Source: an uncultured Methanosarcinales archaeon (GTDB taxonomy: Archaea; Nanobdellota; Nanobdellia; Woesearchaeales; JACPIF01). Taken from it: a DNA stretch of 64,000 nucleotides. How positions within the stretch are numbered: position 1 is the stretch's first letter; every line of letters starts with the position of its first letter. Shown piece after piece: positions 41,578 through 50,757 of this stretch. The translations under genes were made by a program, and so were the position numbers. The stretch is from assembly GCA_964602245.1 (NCBI GenBank), contig CAZRPY010000001.1, positions 88,246-152,245 of the forward strand, written 5' to 3'. Below the pieces are notes generated by a model. That model made no database searches. It saw nothing but the letters and a program-made list of their open reading frames with translations, and was not told the origin of the DNA.

Positions 41578-42780
41578 TTATTTACCTCTCACAGAATATT
41601 TTCCTAGAACAATTTGTTGCAGTTCATTTCTCTTTTTCATAGTACGTATAAGTTGTCTTAACCTAAAAGAGACATTAGAGTTCGAAGTGAAACAAGTTTG
41701 AATTTGATATAGAGTAATTGTTTTATTCGAGAAATTGGTTAATATGTGTTTTCTAATGGCTGTAGCTTCATCCTTCAAACGAGCTTTTCGTAGTGTGGTT
41801 TTAGCCATCTTTACTTTTCTTTGAAAAACTTCTTCTCTATGTAATAAACTTAGGTCATATTTTTTAAGAAGACTGAACAAACGAGAAAGTTGAATAACTC
41901 CTTCTGAGCTGATTCTTATGACCCACTTATCTCCTTTTTTATTTTTTGACCAAGATATACCGAATCTTGTTAATAATTTACCAAATTTTTCAAGAAGTAG
42001 TAAATTTCCCTCTTGATGTAATGTTATCTCAGAGTTTGACTTTGCTTTAGACATTCCAGCTTCATCCATAAAAAATGCGCACAAGAGAGCTAGCTCATAT
42101 TCTTTTCCTAGTGATTCAGATGCCTTAATTATATTACTTCTTATGGCCTTTCCAGAATCCAGTTTTGTCATAAATGATCCCGCCTTTCTGATTAACTGCG
42201 GGATAGTTAGACCATGTTTGGTGCTCTGTGGAAGTCTATCATAAATAAAACCCATCTTATTTAAGAGCTCTATTATTTTTAATTGCCCTTCTGGTTTTTG
42301 ATACCAAACAAATTTGTTTTTATCCTTTCGAATATGACCATCACCAACAGAGAGACAAAAAATAAAATGCCAAAGCGGGCTATATATGATGGGGAATTTA
42401 CCGGCGAAGGTGATTGAGCTACTTCCACAGTCATCGTTAAATTGTACTATTTCATTAAGAAGAGTCTTTTCTGCAGACAAATCTACAATCTTTTTAAAGG
42501 TTTGAGTGTCAATTTTTTCATTTTTAGTAAAGTTATGAAACCAATAATCAGGGACATTTAGAGTCTTAGCGATGTGAAATTTAAATCTATGGCTACTTGT
42601 TAAAAGATTTATTATGTCATCTTTTGCTTTATCGGTAAGTTTTACATACCCCAAAATATCCCAAGGAAATACTAAATTTTGATTTTGATTTTCCATAATT
42701 TGTCCAGATTTGGGAAAGTCAAATAAAAATGTATTGGATTTGGAATTTGGAAGTAAAACTCTCTTTAGCATCGTTCCCAT
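41578..42780 (-). mobile_element. Free-standing LAGLIDADG homing-endonuclease-like gene with flanking HTH-like segments
   Basis: FIFCLSVGDGHI and LLCAFFMDEAGM about 95 aa apart; LLTRFGI...WVIRIS; no intein splice motifs. Confidence 0.7.
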
Positions 42781-42877
42781 ATGGCTTTAGAATGCTGGCA
42801 TATTTAAATATCTTACCTTTATCCTACTTTATGCGATAGATTTAAATAGAGTGTTATATTTCTTGCAAATATCAAAT

Positions 42878-43675
42878 ATGAAAGAGAAGATTAGCATTAC
42901 AATTGAAAAGAACGTAATTGATGAGATAGATTCAATTATTGATAATATTTATATAAGGAACAGAAGCCAGGCAATAGAGCATTTGGTTAAGACTGCCCTT
43001 GGGGAGAATAAGATTGCTGTGATATTAGCTGGGGGACCAGAAGAACAGTTAAGAACAAGAACAAAAAAGTTTTGTTTTGAGCTTGAGGTTAAAGGACTTA
43101 GCTTAATAGAGAATGTTATTAAAAAGTTAAGAGACAGCAAATTTAAGACTATTTATATTATAGGGAGGCATGCTATTATTACTAAGATATTTGAGATAGT
43201 TAAAGATGGAAATGATTATGGTGTAAAAGTTAATTATTTTGAAGAAAAGATTTCTAAAGGAACTGCTGATTCCTTAAGAATCCTAAAAGGAAAGATAAAT
43301 ACTACATTTCTAGTGGTTTATTGTGATATATATTTTGGCAGAATAAATTTAGATGAGATTTGGAAGGATCATTTGAAACAAGGAGCTTTGTGCACTTTAA
43401 TGCTTACAACCTCTCCTAAGCCTAGTGAGAAAGGTACTGTTGTGGTTGAAGGAACTAAGATACTGCAGTTTATACAGAAGCCTAGGCAATCAGATATATA
43501 CCTAGTGTTTTCTCCTATATTTGCTGCTGAGCCTGAGATATTTGATTATGAGGGCAGTAGCTTGGAAAAAGATGTATTTTCAGCATTGGCTGAGAAAGGT
43601 TTGTTGAATGGGCATATGAGTTCAGAGAAAGAGATACATGTGAGGAGCAGGGAAGAGGCTGATAGGATAAGGTAA
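42878..43675 (+). CDS. RHH domain fused to a degenerate nucleotidyltransferase domain (paralog of 3805..4563)
   Basis: KISITIEK...RNRSQAIE; ILAGG without TR/PK; GTADSL, YCDIY, SLEKDVF. Confidence 0.8.
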   Translation: MKEKISITIEKNVIDEIDSIIDNIYIRNRSQAIEHLVKTALGENKIAVILAGGPEEQLRTRTKKFCFELEVKGLSLIENVIKKLRDSKFKTIYIIGRHAIITKIFEIVKDGNDYGVKVNYFEEKISKGTADSLRILKGKINTTFLVVYCDIYFGRINLDEIWKDHLKQGALCTLMLTTSPKPSEKGTVVVEGTKILQFIQKPRQSDIYLVFSPIFAAEPEIFDYEGSSLEKDVFSALAEKGLLNGHMSSEKEIHVRSREEADRIR

Positions 43676-43676
43676 A

Positions 43677-44699
43677 ATGCAAATTTCTAAGAAAGAATTA
43701 AATAAGCTAAAGAAGATTAGAGAAGAAATTAGAAAAAGTTCTTTTAAACCAATAGGTTGGATAAAAAATCCACATCTGCAAACTATAATAGGTGTTTCTT
43801 CTAAGTTTAAGGGAGAATTTGAGAGTAAAAGATTAATAATTCCTGTTGAGAAAGGAAAGGTTGCTGTAGATTGCTCATGGAAATTTAATAGAGAGAATAA
43901 GCCTACATTAATTATAATGCATGGAATTGTTGGATCTAGCTCTGCATCTTATGTTAAGAGAATTGCTTATAAAGCTTTTAAGAATGGGTTCAATGTTGCT
44001 AGAATAAATTTAAGAGGTTTTGGTAATACAGAGCATTTATCTGAGAAAATATATCATGCTGGACAGAGTAATGATATGAAGCGAGTAATAAATTATATGA
44101 ATAAGAAATATAAGCTCAGTAAATTTTATCTTTTAGGATTTTCTTTAGGAGGGAATTTGTGCTTGAAATTTGCTGGAGAATCAAAAGATAATAAGGTTAG
44201 AGGTGTTGCTTGCATATCGCCATTAGTTGATTTAGAAGTGAGCTGGAAGCCAATAGAAAATCCAGAGAACATACTTTATAGAGTAATATTTATCAAAGGT
44301 TTAAAAAATCTTATAAGAAGAAAGGCAAAACTATTTCCTAATATCTATTACCTTAAAAAATTAAAAGGTCTAAATACAATTAAAGATTTTGATGAGAGAT
44401 ACCAGGCATCTTTAAATGGCTTTAAGGATGCTATTGATTACTATAAGAAAACAAGTGCAATCAGGGTTATTAATAAAATTAGGATTCCTACTTTAATTAT
44501 TCATTCTCATGATGATACACTTACACCTTATGAGCCATTAACTAGAAAAGATGTTAGGGATAATCCTTATATTATTATTCTTATATCGCATTACGGTGGG
44601 CATGTGGGATTTCTTGGGAAAGATGAAAATGAGGATAGACATTGGGCAGAGAATAGAGTTATGGAGTTTTTTAAGATTCTAGAATCGCAAGGCTTTTAA
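43677..44699 (+). CDS. Alpha/beta hydrolase, YheT-like
   Basis: NPHLQT, HGIVG, GFSLGG, GGHVGF. Confidence 0.9.
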   Translation: MQISKKELNKLKKIREEIRKSSFKPIGWIKNPHLQTIIGVSSKFKGEFESKRLIIPVEKGKVAVDCSWKFNRENKPTLIIMHGIVGSSSASYVKRIAYKAFKNGFNVARINLRGFGNTEHLSEKIYHAGQSNDMKRVINYMNKKYKLSKFYLLGFSLGGNLCLKFAGESKDNKVRGVACISPLVDLEVSWKPIENPENILYRVIFIKGLKNLIRRKAKLFPNIYYLKKLKGLNTIKDFDERYQASLNGFKDAIDYYKKTSAIRVINKIRIPTLIIHSHDDTLTPYEPLTRKDVRDNPYIIILISHYGGHVGFLGKDENEDRHWAENRVMEFFKILESQGF

Positions 44700-44702
44700 A
44701 TA
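44694..44702 (+). promoter_or_regulatory. TATA box of the 5S rRNA gene
   Basis: TTTTAAATA about 22 nt upstream of the 5S start. Confidence 0.55.
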
Positions 44703-44723
44703 TCTCTTTATTACCTAGCTTTC

Positions 44724-44841
44724 GTGGACGGTCATAGTGGCATGGTTCCACCTGATCCCATTCCGAACTCAGAAGTTAAACATGCCAACGTCTTGGATTG
44801 TACTGTACTTTAGTACGGGAAGTCCAAGAAGCTGTCCCACT
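44724..44841 (+). rRNA. rrf: 5S rRNA, unlinked from 16S/23S
   Basis: GGTCATAG, CCTGATCCCATTCCGAACTCAGAAGTTAA, GTACT...GGGAA, terminal helix. Confidence 0.95.
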
Positions 44842-44883
44842 TTATATTATAATAGATTAGATTTTTCTTTGTTTTTTGATTCT

Positions 44884-45027
44884 ATTTGCACTCTTCGGCA
44901 TATTGCTATACCTAGAGTCCGCTTCTCATATATTTTAATGTGCACTAGCGGACCAATGGCATAGCCTCGTGTTCGAGGCTCGTAATGCTAATTATTATTC
45001 TTTCAATACTTTTTGCTTAATGCAAAT
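44884..45027 (-). ncRNA. Unassigned structured element, copy 1
   Basis: Multi-stem fold closed by ATTTGCA/TGCAAAT; homologous to 60376..60526. Confidence 0.6.
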
Positions 45028-45050
45028 TCGATTTCTATAAATACTATCTT

Positions 45051-46145
45051 TCATAAATCTATCTCTACTTTGCCTTCTTTCTCATTGACATCCTTTATAA
45101 TCTTATGCCCTTTCAATTTCTCTTTAATCTCTTTCCAAGAATACTTTTGTCTGGCTTTTTTGAGTTCTGTAAGGATTTCTTGGATAAGTTGATAGTTGTT
45201 ATAGATAGCTTCTGCCCGGCTTCTTTCTAGCATTTCTTGTTCTTCAAGCTCTAATATTTTAGCTTGCTCTTGCTCAATTATTTTCCTTAGCTTATTGATT
45301 TCTTTTTCATACTTGCTAGATTTTTTAGAAACAGTTTGATAATATGTATCTATTGCTTCATTAAAACTGGGAAATTCTTTTTTAGGATAATCTTGATAGA
45401 GCTTTAAGTCTATAGGAACTACATCAATTGCTTCTTGATTATCTTTTGAGTAAATTATAAATGCCTTTATTTTTGAGTCTAGTAAGTTGCTTAGATTTTC
45501 AAAAAGCCTTTTAATTTCCTGGCCCGAAAGAGCTTTCTTGGTTTTATCTAGCCCACTTAAAAGACAGAGTTCTTCTGCATAAATGCCACTAAGACCAATT
45601 TCAATTGCCAAAGTCTTAACAATAGAATCTCTAGAGCTTTCTTTTACTATTTTATTGAATTGATTAAAATCCTCTGAAAATAGATTATAACTAGATTTTG
45701 GATAAATGTATTTAATTCCTTGTATTATTTGTCTGTCTTTAAAAGACTGATTTTCAAGGGCTTTAAGTATTATGCTGTCTTTATCGCATAAAATAACATT
45801 ACCTTTGCCAAACATTTCAAATATCAGATAATAGGTTTCCTTAGCTAGCTCGAGTTTTATTATTCTTTCAGAATCTATTTGAGAAATGCTCTTTAATCTT
45901 GCATTAGTCAGATATTTTCTTAGATATTGAGAGAAATTGCTGCCAGTAGCTTCTATTTTTTGTTTAGTAAAGCAGAAGTATTTTCCTAAGGATATTTTTA
46001 AAAGTTTCTTACCTTTAGAAGTAACATAAAATTCTAATAGCCATGTAGAATCTTGTTTGGATATCTTGTCTAATCTTGCGTTTACTAAAAGGGATAATTC
46101 TGAAAGCAAGAATTTGTAATCAAGAGAAGATAATTTGTCTTTCAT
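45051..46145 (-). CDS. Rqc2/NFACT-family protein, N-terminal part only
   Basis: LRKYL, ERII, FEMFGKGNVIL, GLSGIYAEE, FPSFNEAID, coiled coil. Confidence 0.85.
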   Translation of the reverse strand: MKDKLSSLDYKFLLSELSLLVNARLDKISKQDSTWLLEFYVTSKGKKLLKISLGKYFCFTKQKIEATGSNFSQYLRKYLTNARLKSISQIDSERIIKLELAKETYYLIFEMFGKGNVILCDKDSIILKALENQSFKDRQIIQGIKYIYPKSSYNLFSEDFNQFNKIVKESSRDSIVKTLAIEIGLSGIYAEELCLLSGLDKTKKALSGQEIKRLFENLSNLLDSKIKAFIIYSKDNQEAIDVVPIDLKLYQDYPKKEFPSFNEAIDTYYQTVSKKSSKYEKEINKLRKIIEQEQAKILELEEQEMLERSRAEAIYNNYQLIQEILTELKKARQKYSWKEIKEKLKGHKIIKDVNEKEGKVEIDL

Positions 46146-46175
46146 TTTCAAATATTTGTTAATAGTATTTTAATA

Positions 46176-47936
46176 TTATTTTACTGTTACACTTTTGGCA
46201 AGATTTCTTGGTTTGTCTGGATCTAGACCTTTTTCAACAGCTAGATAATAGGCGAGTATCTGTATGGGTATTATGCTTAAGATTGGATTAGCCATACCAT
46301 ATTCAGGAACTTTTATGAAATAATCGTATACCTCATTATTATTGCTATTAATTCCAATTATATAGCCACCTCTGGCTTTGACTTCCATTGCATTTGACAG
46401 GATTTCTTTTTTTGTATGTTCTGTTGATAAAACAATGACAGGAATTCCTTCTTCTATTAATGCTATTGTGCCATGTTTAAGCTCTCCTCCGGCAAAGCCT
46501 TCAGCATGAATATAGCTTACCTCTTTTATTTTTAATGCTCCTTCTAATGCACTTGGATAAGCCAGATCTCTGCCTATTAAGAATATGCTATGATGATTTT
46601 TAAGATTGTTTGCTAAATTCTTTAATTTCTGTTCATTTTCTTTTATAATTTTATTAACCTCCATAGAAGATTTTATGACTAACTTTTTTCCATCATTTAA
46701 CTTATTTACACAGCCATAAGCAAGCATAGTAAGTATTGCTAACTGAGCTGTATAACTTTTAGTGCTTAATACACATATCTCTGGACCACAGTTCATCATT
46801 ATATTCTCATCAGAGAGAAGAGTTAGAGTAGAGCCTACAACGTTTGTAATAGAAATGATTTTAACGCCTTTTGATTTTGCTGTTTGAACTGCTTCAAGCA
46901 GGTCTGCTGTTTCTCCTGACTGGGATACTGCTATCATTAGAGTTTTATTTGTAAGGAATTCCTCATAATTCTTGAACTCGGATGCTAAAACCACATTTAC
47001 ATGCTTTTTTGCAATATGAGAAAAGACATAAGATGCTGAGACACAAGCATGATAGCTTGTTCCACAGCCTACTAAAAATACTCCAAAAGCCTTTTTTATA
47101 GCATTAATAACTTTTTTAATAAGCTTAGGATCCTGCTGGACTGATTTTTTAATAGTAGAGCTTTGCTCTTCAATCTCTTTCATCATAAAATGCTTATAAT
47201 CACCTTTCTTTGACTGCTCAAAATCCCAGTGCATAAGGAATATCTTTTTCTTGACTGGCTTGCCCGTCTTGAAATTCAGGATTTCTATTTTTTCATTAAT
47301 AGATACCATTTCATTATCAGCAAGAAGCAATGATTTTTTAGTAGATTCTATAAAAGGGCTGAAATCAGATGTAATATAAATACCATCTTTGGCTAAGCCT
47401 AATACTAATGGTGAATTTAGCCTTGCCCCAAGGATAGTATCTGAGGTTTCTTCAACAGCAACTATTGAAAAGCTGCCCTTTAATTTTTTTAAAGTTTCAA
47501 GGAAGGCTGCCCTGACATTTTTTCCATTTTTCATGAAATATTCTATTAAGTTGGGGATAACTTCTGTGTCTGTTTCGCTAATAAATTTAAAGCCTTTTGA
47601 TTGCAGAAAATTTTTAAGCTCCTGATAATTCTCTATTATACCATTGTGCACAACTGCTATCCTGAAATTATTTGAAAAGTGCGGATGCGCATTTGCTTCA
47701 GTAACTTTGCCATGAGTTGCCCATCTTGTGTGACCTATTGCTAAATTTGATCTGCTGAGGTTAAGGTCTTTAATAGTAATATCCTCAATTTTGCCAACTT
47801 TCTTTATGTAGGTGAATTTACTGTTTTTAGAACAGATACCCCAGGAATCGTAGCCACGGTATTCTAATTTTTTAAGTCCTTCTAATACAATTTCTACAGC
47901 ATTTCTTTTTCCTTTATAGCCAATTATTCCACACAT
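46176..47936 (-). CDS. glmS: Glutamine-fructose-6-phosphate transaminase
   Basis: MCGIIG, LEYRGYDS, HTRWATHG, SQSGETAD, PRNLAKSVTV. Confidence 0.97.
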   Translation of the reverse strand: MCGIIGYKGKRNAVEIVLEGLKKLEYRGYDSWGICSKNSKFTYIKKVGKIEDITIKDLNLSRSNLAIGHTRWATHGKVTEANAHPHFSNNFRIAVVHNGIIENYQELKNFLQSKGFKFISETDTEVIPNLIEYFMKNGKNVRAAFLETLKKLKGSFSIVAVEETSDTILGARLNSPLVLGLAKDGIYITSDFSPFIESTKKSLLLADNEMVSINEKIEILNFKTGKPVKKKIFLMHWDFEQSKKGDYKHFMMKEIEEQSSTIKKSVQQDPKLIKKVINAIKKAFGVFLVGCGTSYHACVSASYVFSHIAKKHVNVVLASEFKNYEEFLTNKTLMIAVSQSGETADLLEAVQTAKSKGVKIISITNVVGSTLTLLSDENIMMNCGPEICVLSTKSYTAQLAILTMLAYGCVNKLNDGKKLVIKSSMEVNKIIKENEQKLKNLANNLKNHHSIFLIGRDLAYPSALEGALKIKEVSYIHAEGFAGGELKHGTIALIEEGIPVIVLSTEHTKKEILSNAMEVKARGGYIIGINSNNNEVYDYFIKVPEYGMANPILSIIPIQILAYYLAVEKGLDPDKPRNLAKSVTVK

Positions 47937-47973
47937 GTTGTTGCTTTTGATATATAGTTGATATATAGATTAA

Positions 47974-49158
47974 TCATAATATATCTGATTTAACAACTTC
48001 TCCAGGAGTTGTAATTTTATCTGGCCAGATTTTTCTGCCTGGATTTATAGAAGTATTAATGCCTAGCTTAACATTATCAGCTATAACAGCTCCAAATTTC
48101 TTTCTATTAGTATCAATTAATTCATCTTCATATAAGCTTTTAACATTTTCATTATCATGCCTTAAATCTGCAATAACTGTTCCTGCGCCTATGTTTACAT
48201 TTTCTCCAATTATACTTTCACCAATATAGGCAAAATGTTTCGAAGTAACATTATCCATAATAATAGAATTTTTAACTTCTGACAAGCCAATTCTGCAGTT
48301 ATTGCCTATAAATGTATAAGGTCTTATAAAACAGTTTGGACCTATTGTACAGTTATCTCCTATAACTACTGGACCTTCGATATAGCTTCCTGACTTGACA
48401 ATTGTGTTTCTTCCTATTATTACATTGCTTTTTATTGTGACATTTTTTTCTACCTTGCCATCAATATTTTCTCTTATGCTTTCCAGCAAGTTTTTATTTG
48501 CCTCTAAGAGGTGCCATGGATATCCTATAGGAATCCATTTATCTGCTCTAATTGCTTTTACTTGCTCTCTTTCTGCTAGAACATTAATAGCATCTGTTAT
48601 CTCATACTCACCTCTAGTAGATTGCTCAATATTTTCTAGGATAAGAAAGATTGAATCTGAGAGTAAATACATGCCAGTATTAACTTGATGTGATATAAAT
48701 TGTTCTGGCTTTTCCACAATTCTTTTTAGGACGCCTTTTTCCTCAACAATAACACCAAAATTTTCAGGCCATTCCATGTCATGGCACATTACTGCAGAAG
48801 CTTTATTTTTCATTAAGTCTTTGACATCCTGCTTAAAAAATAAATCATCTCCACCAAAAACAATAAAATTTCCTTTCAAATGCTCTTTTGCCTGCAATAA
48901 TGCATGGCCTGTGCCAAGCTGCTCTAATTGCTCTACATACCTTATTTTAACACCTGAGTGTTTCAGGCCTATAAGTTTTTGAATCATATCACCCTTATAG
49001 CCAATAATAATAATCATTTCGTCAAATAAATTACCAATTTGCTCAAGATTATGCTCAATAATTGTTTTATTTGCAACCTTAAGTAGAGGCTTAGGCCTTG
49101 TTAATGTTAAAGGATAACATCTCTTGCCTATTCCTGCTGCTAACATGACTGCTTTCAT
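47974..49158 (-). CDS. glmU: Archaeal bifunctional sugar-1-P nucleotidyltransferase/acetyltransferase
   Basis: AAGIGKR.PLT..RPKPL, RGEYEITD, hexapeptide repeats. Confidence 0.9.
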   Translation of the reverse strand: MKAVMLAAGIGKRCYPLTLTRPKPLLKVANKTIIEHNLEQIGNLFDEMIIIIGYKGDMIQKLIGLKHSGVKIRYVEQLEQLGTGHALLQAKEHLKGNFIVFGGDDLFFKQDVKDLMKNKASAVMCHDMEWPENFGVIVEEKGVLKRIVEKPEQFISHQVNTGMYLLSDSIFLILENIEQSTRGEYEITDAINVLAEREQVKAIRADKWIPIGYPWHLLEANKNLLESIRENIDGKVEKNVTIKSNVIIGRNTIVKSGSYIEGPVVIGDNCTIGPNCFIRPYTFIGNNCRIGLSEVKNSIIMDNVTSKHFAYIGESIIGENVNIGAGTVIADLRHDNENVKSLYEDELIDTNRKKFGAVIADNVKLGINTSINPGRKIWPDKITTPGEVVKSDIL

Positions 49159-49304
49159 TTTTTCTCCGCTTGCAAGGAAGAAGTTGGAACCGCATGCAAA
49201 GACTTACACACTGTGCATTGTATTAGTGTATCTTTATGAAAAATGTCATTTGTCTTAGTAAAGGTAGTTACTTTTTTGCATTGCTCGCAATATAGTTCCA
49301 ACAT
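49155..49304 (-). CDS. 49-aa zinc-ribbon microprotein, not in the ORF track
   Basis: MLELYCEQCKK...IQCTVCKSLH; GGTGA RBS; stop overlaps the glmU start (ATGA). Confidence 0.75.
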   Translation of the reverse strand: MLELYCEQCKKVTTFTKTNDIFHKDTLIQCTVCKSLHAVPTSSLQAEKK

Positions 49305-49306
49305 AA

Positions 49307-50668
49307 TCACCCTAATACTGCTTTAATTTCTGTTGCAATAATATTTGCAATTTCTGCTATTTCCTTTTGGTGTTTGCCTTCAACCATAACTCTTGCTAGA
49401 TCTTCTGTTCCAGAGTACCTAACAAATACTCTCCCATTATTGTTAAGCCTTTTCTCTGCATTTTTAATCATTTTATAAACTTTTGGCATTTTTTCAAAAT
49501 CTCTTTTTTCTCTGACTTTAACATTTACTAAGACTTGTGGATACTTCTTAAAACTATATAATTCTGATAGCTTTTTGTTGGTCTTTTTCATGATACTTAA
49601 TACTTGCAGGCTAGCAATTATACCATCTCCTGTTGGATTATAATCTGCAAAAATTATATGTCCTGCTTGCTCACCACCAAGGTTAAGGGATTTCTCAAGA
49701 ATAGTGTCTATTACATACCTGTCACCTACTTTTGTCCTGATAAGCTTAATGCCATGCATTTTTAGTTCTTCTTCAATGCCTAAGTTACTCATAACTGTTG
49801 CAACTATAGTGTTTTCTTTTAGTTTTCCATTATTTTTCATGTCTATTGCACAAATTGCTAGTATATCATCGCCATCTATGAGCTTACCATTTTCATCGCA
49901 CATGACAACTCTGTCAGCATCTCCATCTAAGCCTATGCCTAAGTCTGCTTTATGCTTCTTAACAGCTGTAGAGAGATTATTGGCATATAAGGCACCACAG
50001 TTAAGGTTTATGTTAAGTCCATTAGGTTTATCATTTAAGACTATCGCATCTGCTCCCAGCTCTTTAAAGATGGTAGGAGCAACTGCATAGGCTGAGCCAT
50101 TTGCACAGTCTAACACTATTTTTAAGCCATACAGTTTGTTGCTAATAGAGCCTTTTGCAAGTTTAATATACCTGGCCCTTGCATCATCTATCCTATAGGC
50201 TTTTCCAAGCTCTTTTGCACTTACACCCTCTAAGTCATCAGAAAAGAGAAGCCTCTCAATTTCTAGCTCAATCTTATCCTTTATCTTAATACCCTCTTCT
50301 GAGAAAAACTTAATACCATTGTCTTCTGCTGGATTATGGGAGGCTGATATAACAATACCTGCATTAGCCTTAAGCTCTCTTGTCAAATAAGATATGGCTG
50401 GAGTAGGGATAGGGCCTACTAATAGCACATCAACACCCATAGAGCATATCCCAGAGGTTAAGGCTGTTTCTAGGATATAACCAGAGATTCTAGTATCTTT
50501 ACCTATAAGGATTTTAGCCCTATTATTAGCCTTATTAGGCTTTTTTTGCTTTGCTTTGGAAAATACCATAGCTACTGCTTTTCCAAGCTTTAAAGCCATT
50601 TCAGGGGTTATAGGATATTTATTAGCAACCCCCCTAATGCCATCTGTTCCAAATAACCTTTTCTCCAT
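49307..50668 (-). CDS. glmM: Phosphoglucosamine mutase
   Basis: FGTDGIRG, SASHNP, DGDADR, RYSGTE. Confidence 0.93.
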   Translation of the reverse strand: MEKRLFGTDGIRGVANKYPITPEMALKLGKAVAMVFSKAKQKKPNKANNRAKILIGKDTRISGYILETALTSGICSMGVDVLLVGPIPTPAISYLTRELKANAGIVISASHNPAEDNGIKFFSEEGIKIKDKIELEIERLLFSDDLEGVSAKELGKAYRIDDARARYIKLAKGSISNKLYGLKIVLDCANGSAYAVAPTIFKELGADAIVLNDKPNGLNINLNCGALYANNLSTAVKKHKADLGIGLDGDADRVVMCDENGKLIDGDDILAICAIDMKNNGKLKENTIVATVMSNLGIEEELKMHGIKLIRTKVGDRYVIDTILEKSLNLGGEQAGHIIFADYNPTGDGIIASLQVLSIMKKTNKKLSELYSFKKYPQVLVNVKVREKRDFEKMPKVYKMIKNAEKRLNNNGRVFVRYSGTEDLARVMVEGKHQKEIAEIANIIATEIKAVLG

Positions 50669-50757
50669 GCATTGAAAATCAGAAAGAGTTATATATAAGT
50701 ATTACTAAAGTATTTATAATACTATTAAAATTAATTTTTTAGTAGTTTGAGGTATTT

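Noticed and set aside
41578..42780. Intein or group I intron hosting the LAGLIDADG domain
   Set aside because: No Cys/Ser start or His-Asn end, no interrupted host gene, no flanking intron core seen
44737..44964. 75-aa ORF from the track
   Set aside because: Overlaps the 5S rRNA and the structured element; spurious
44884..45027. tmRNA, hammerhead, pistol, twister or group II intron identity for the repeated element
   Set aside because: No tRNA-like ends or conserved tag frame in both copies; catalytic core consensus sequences not found by eye
47937..47973. glmS ribozyme upstream of glmS
   Set aside because: Only 37 AT-rich bp separate glmU and glmS
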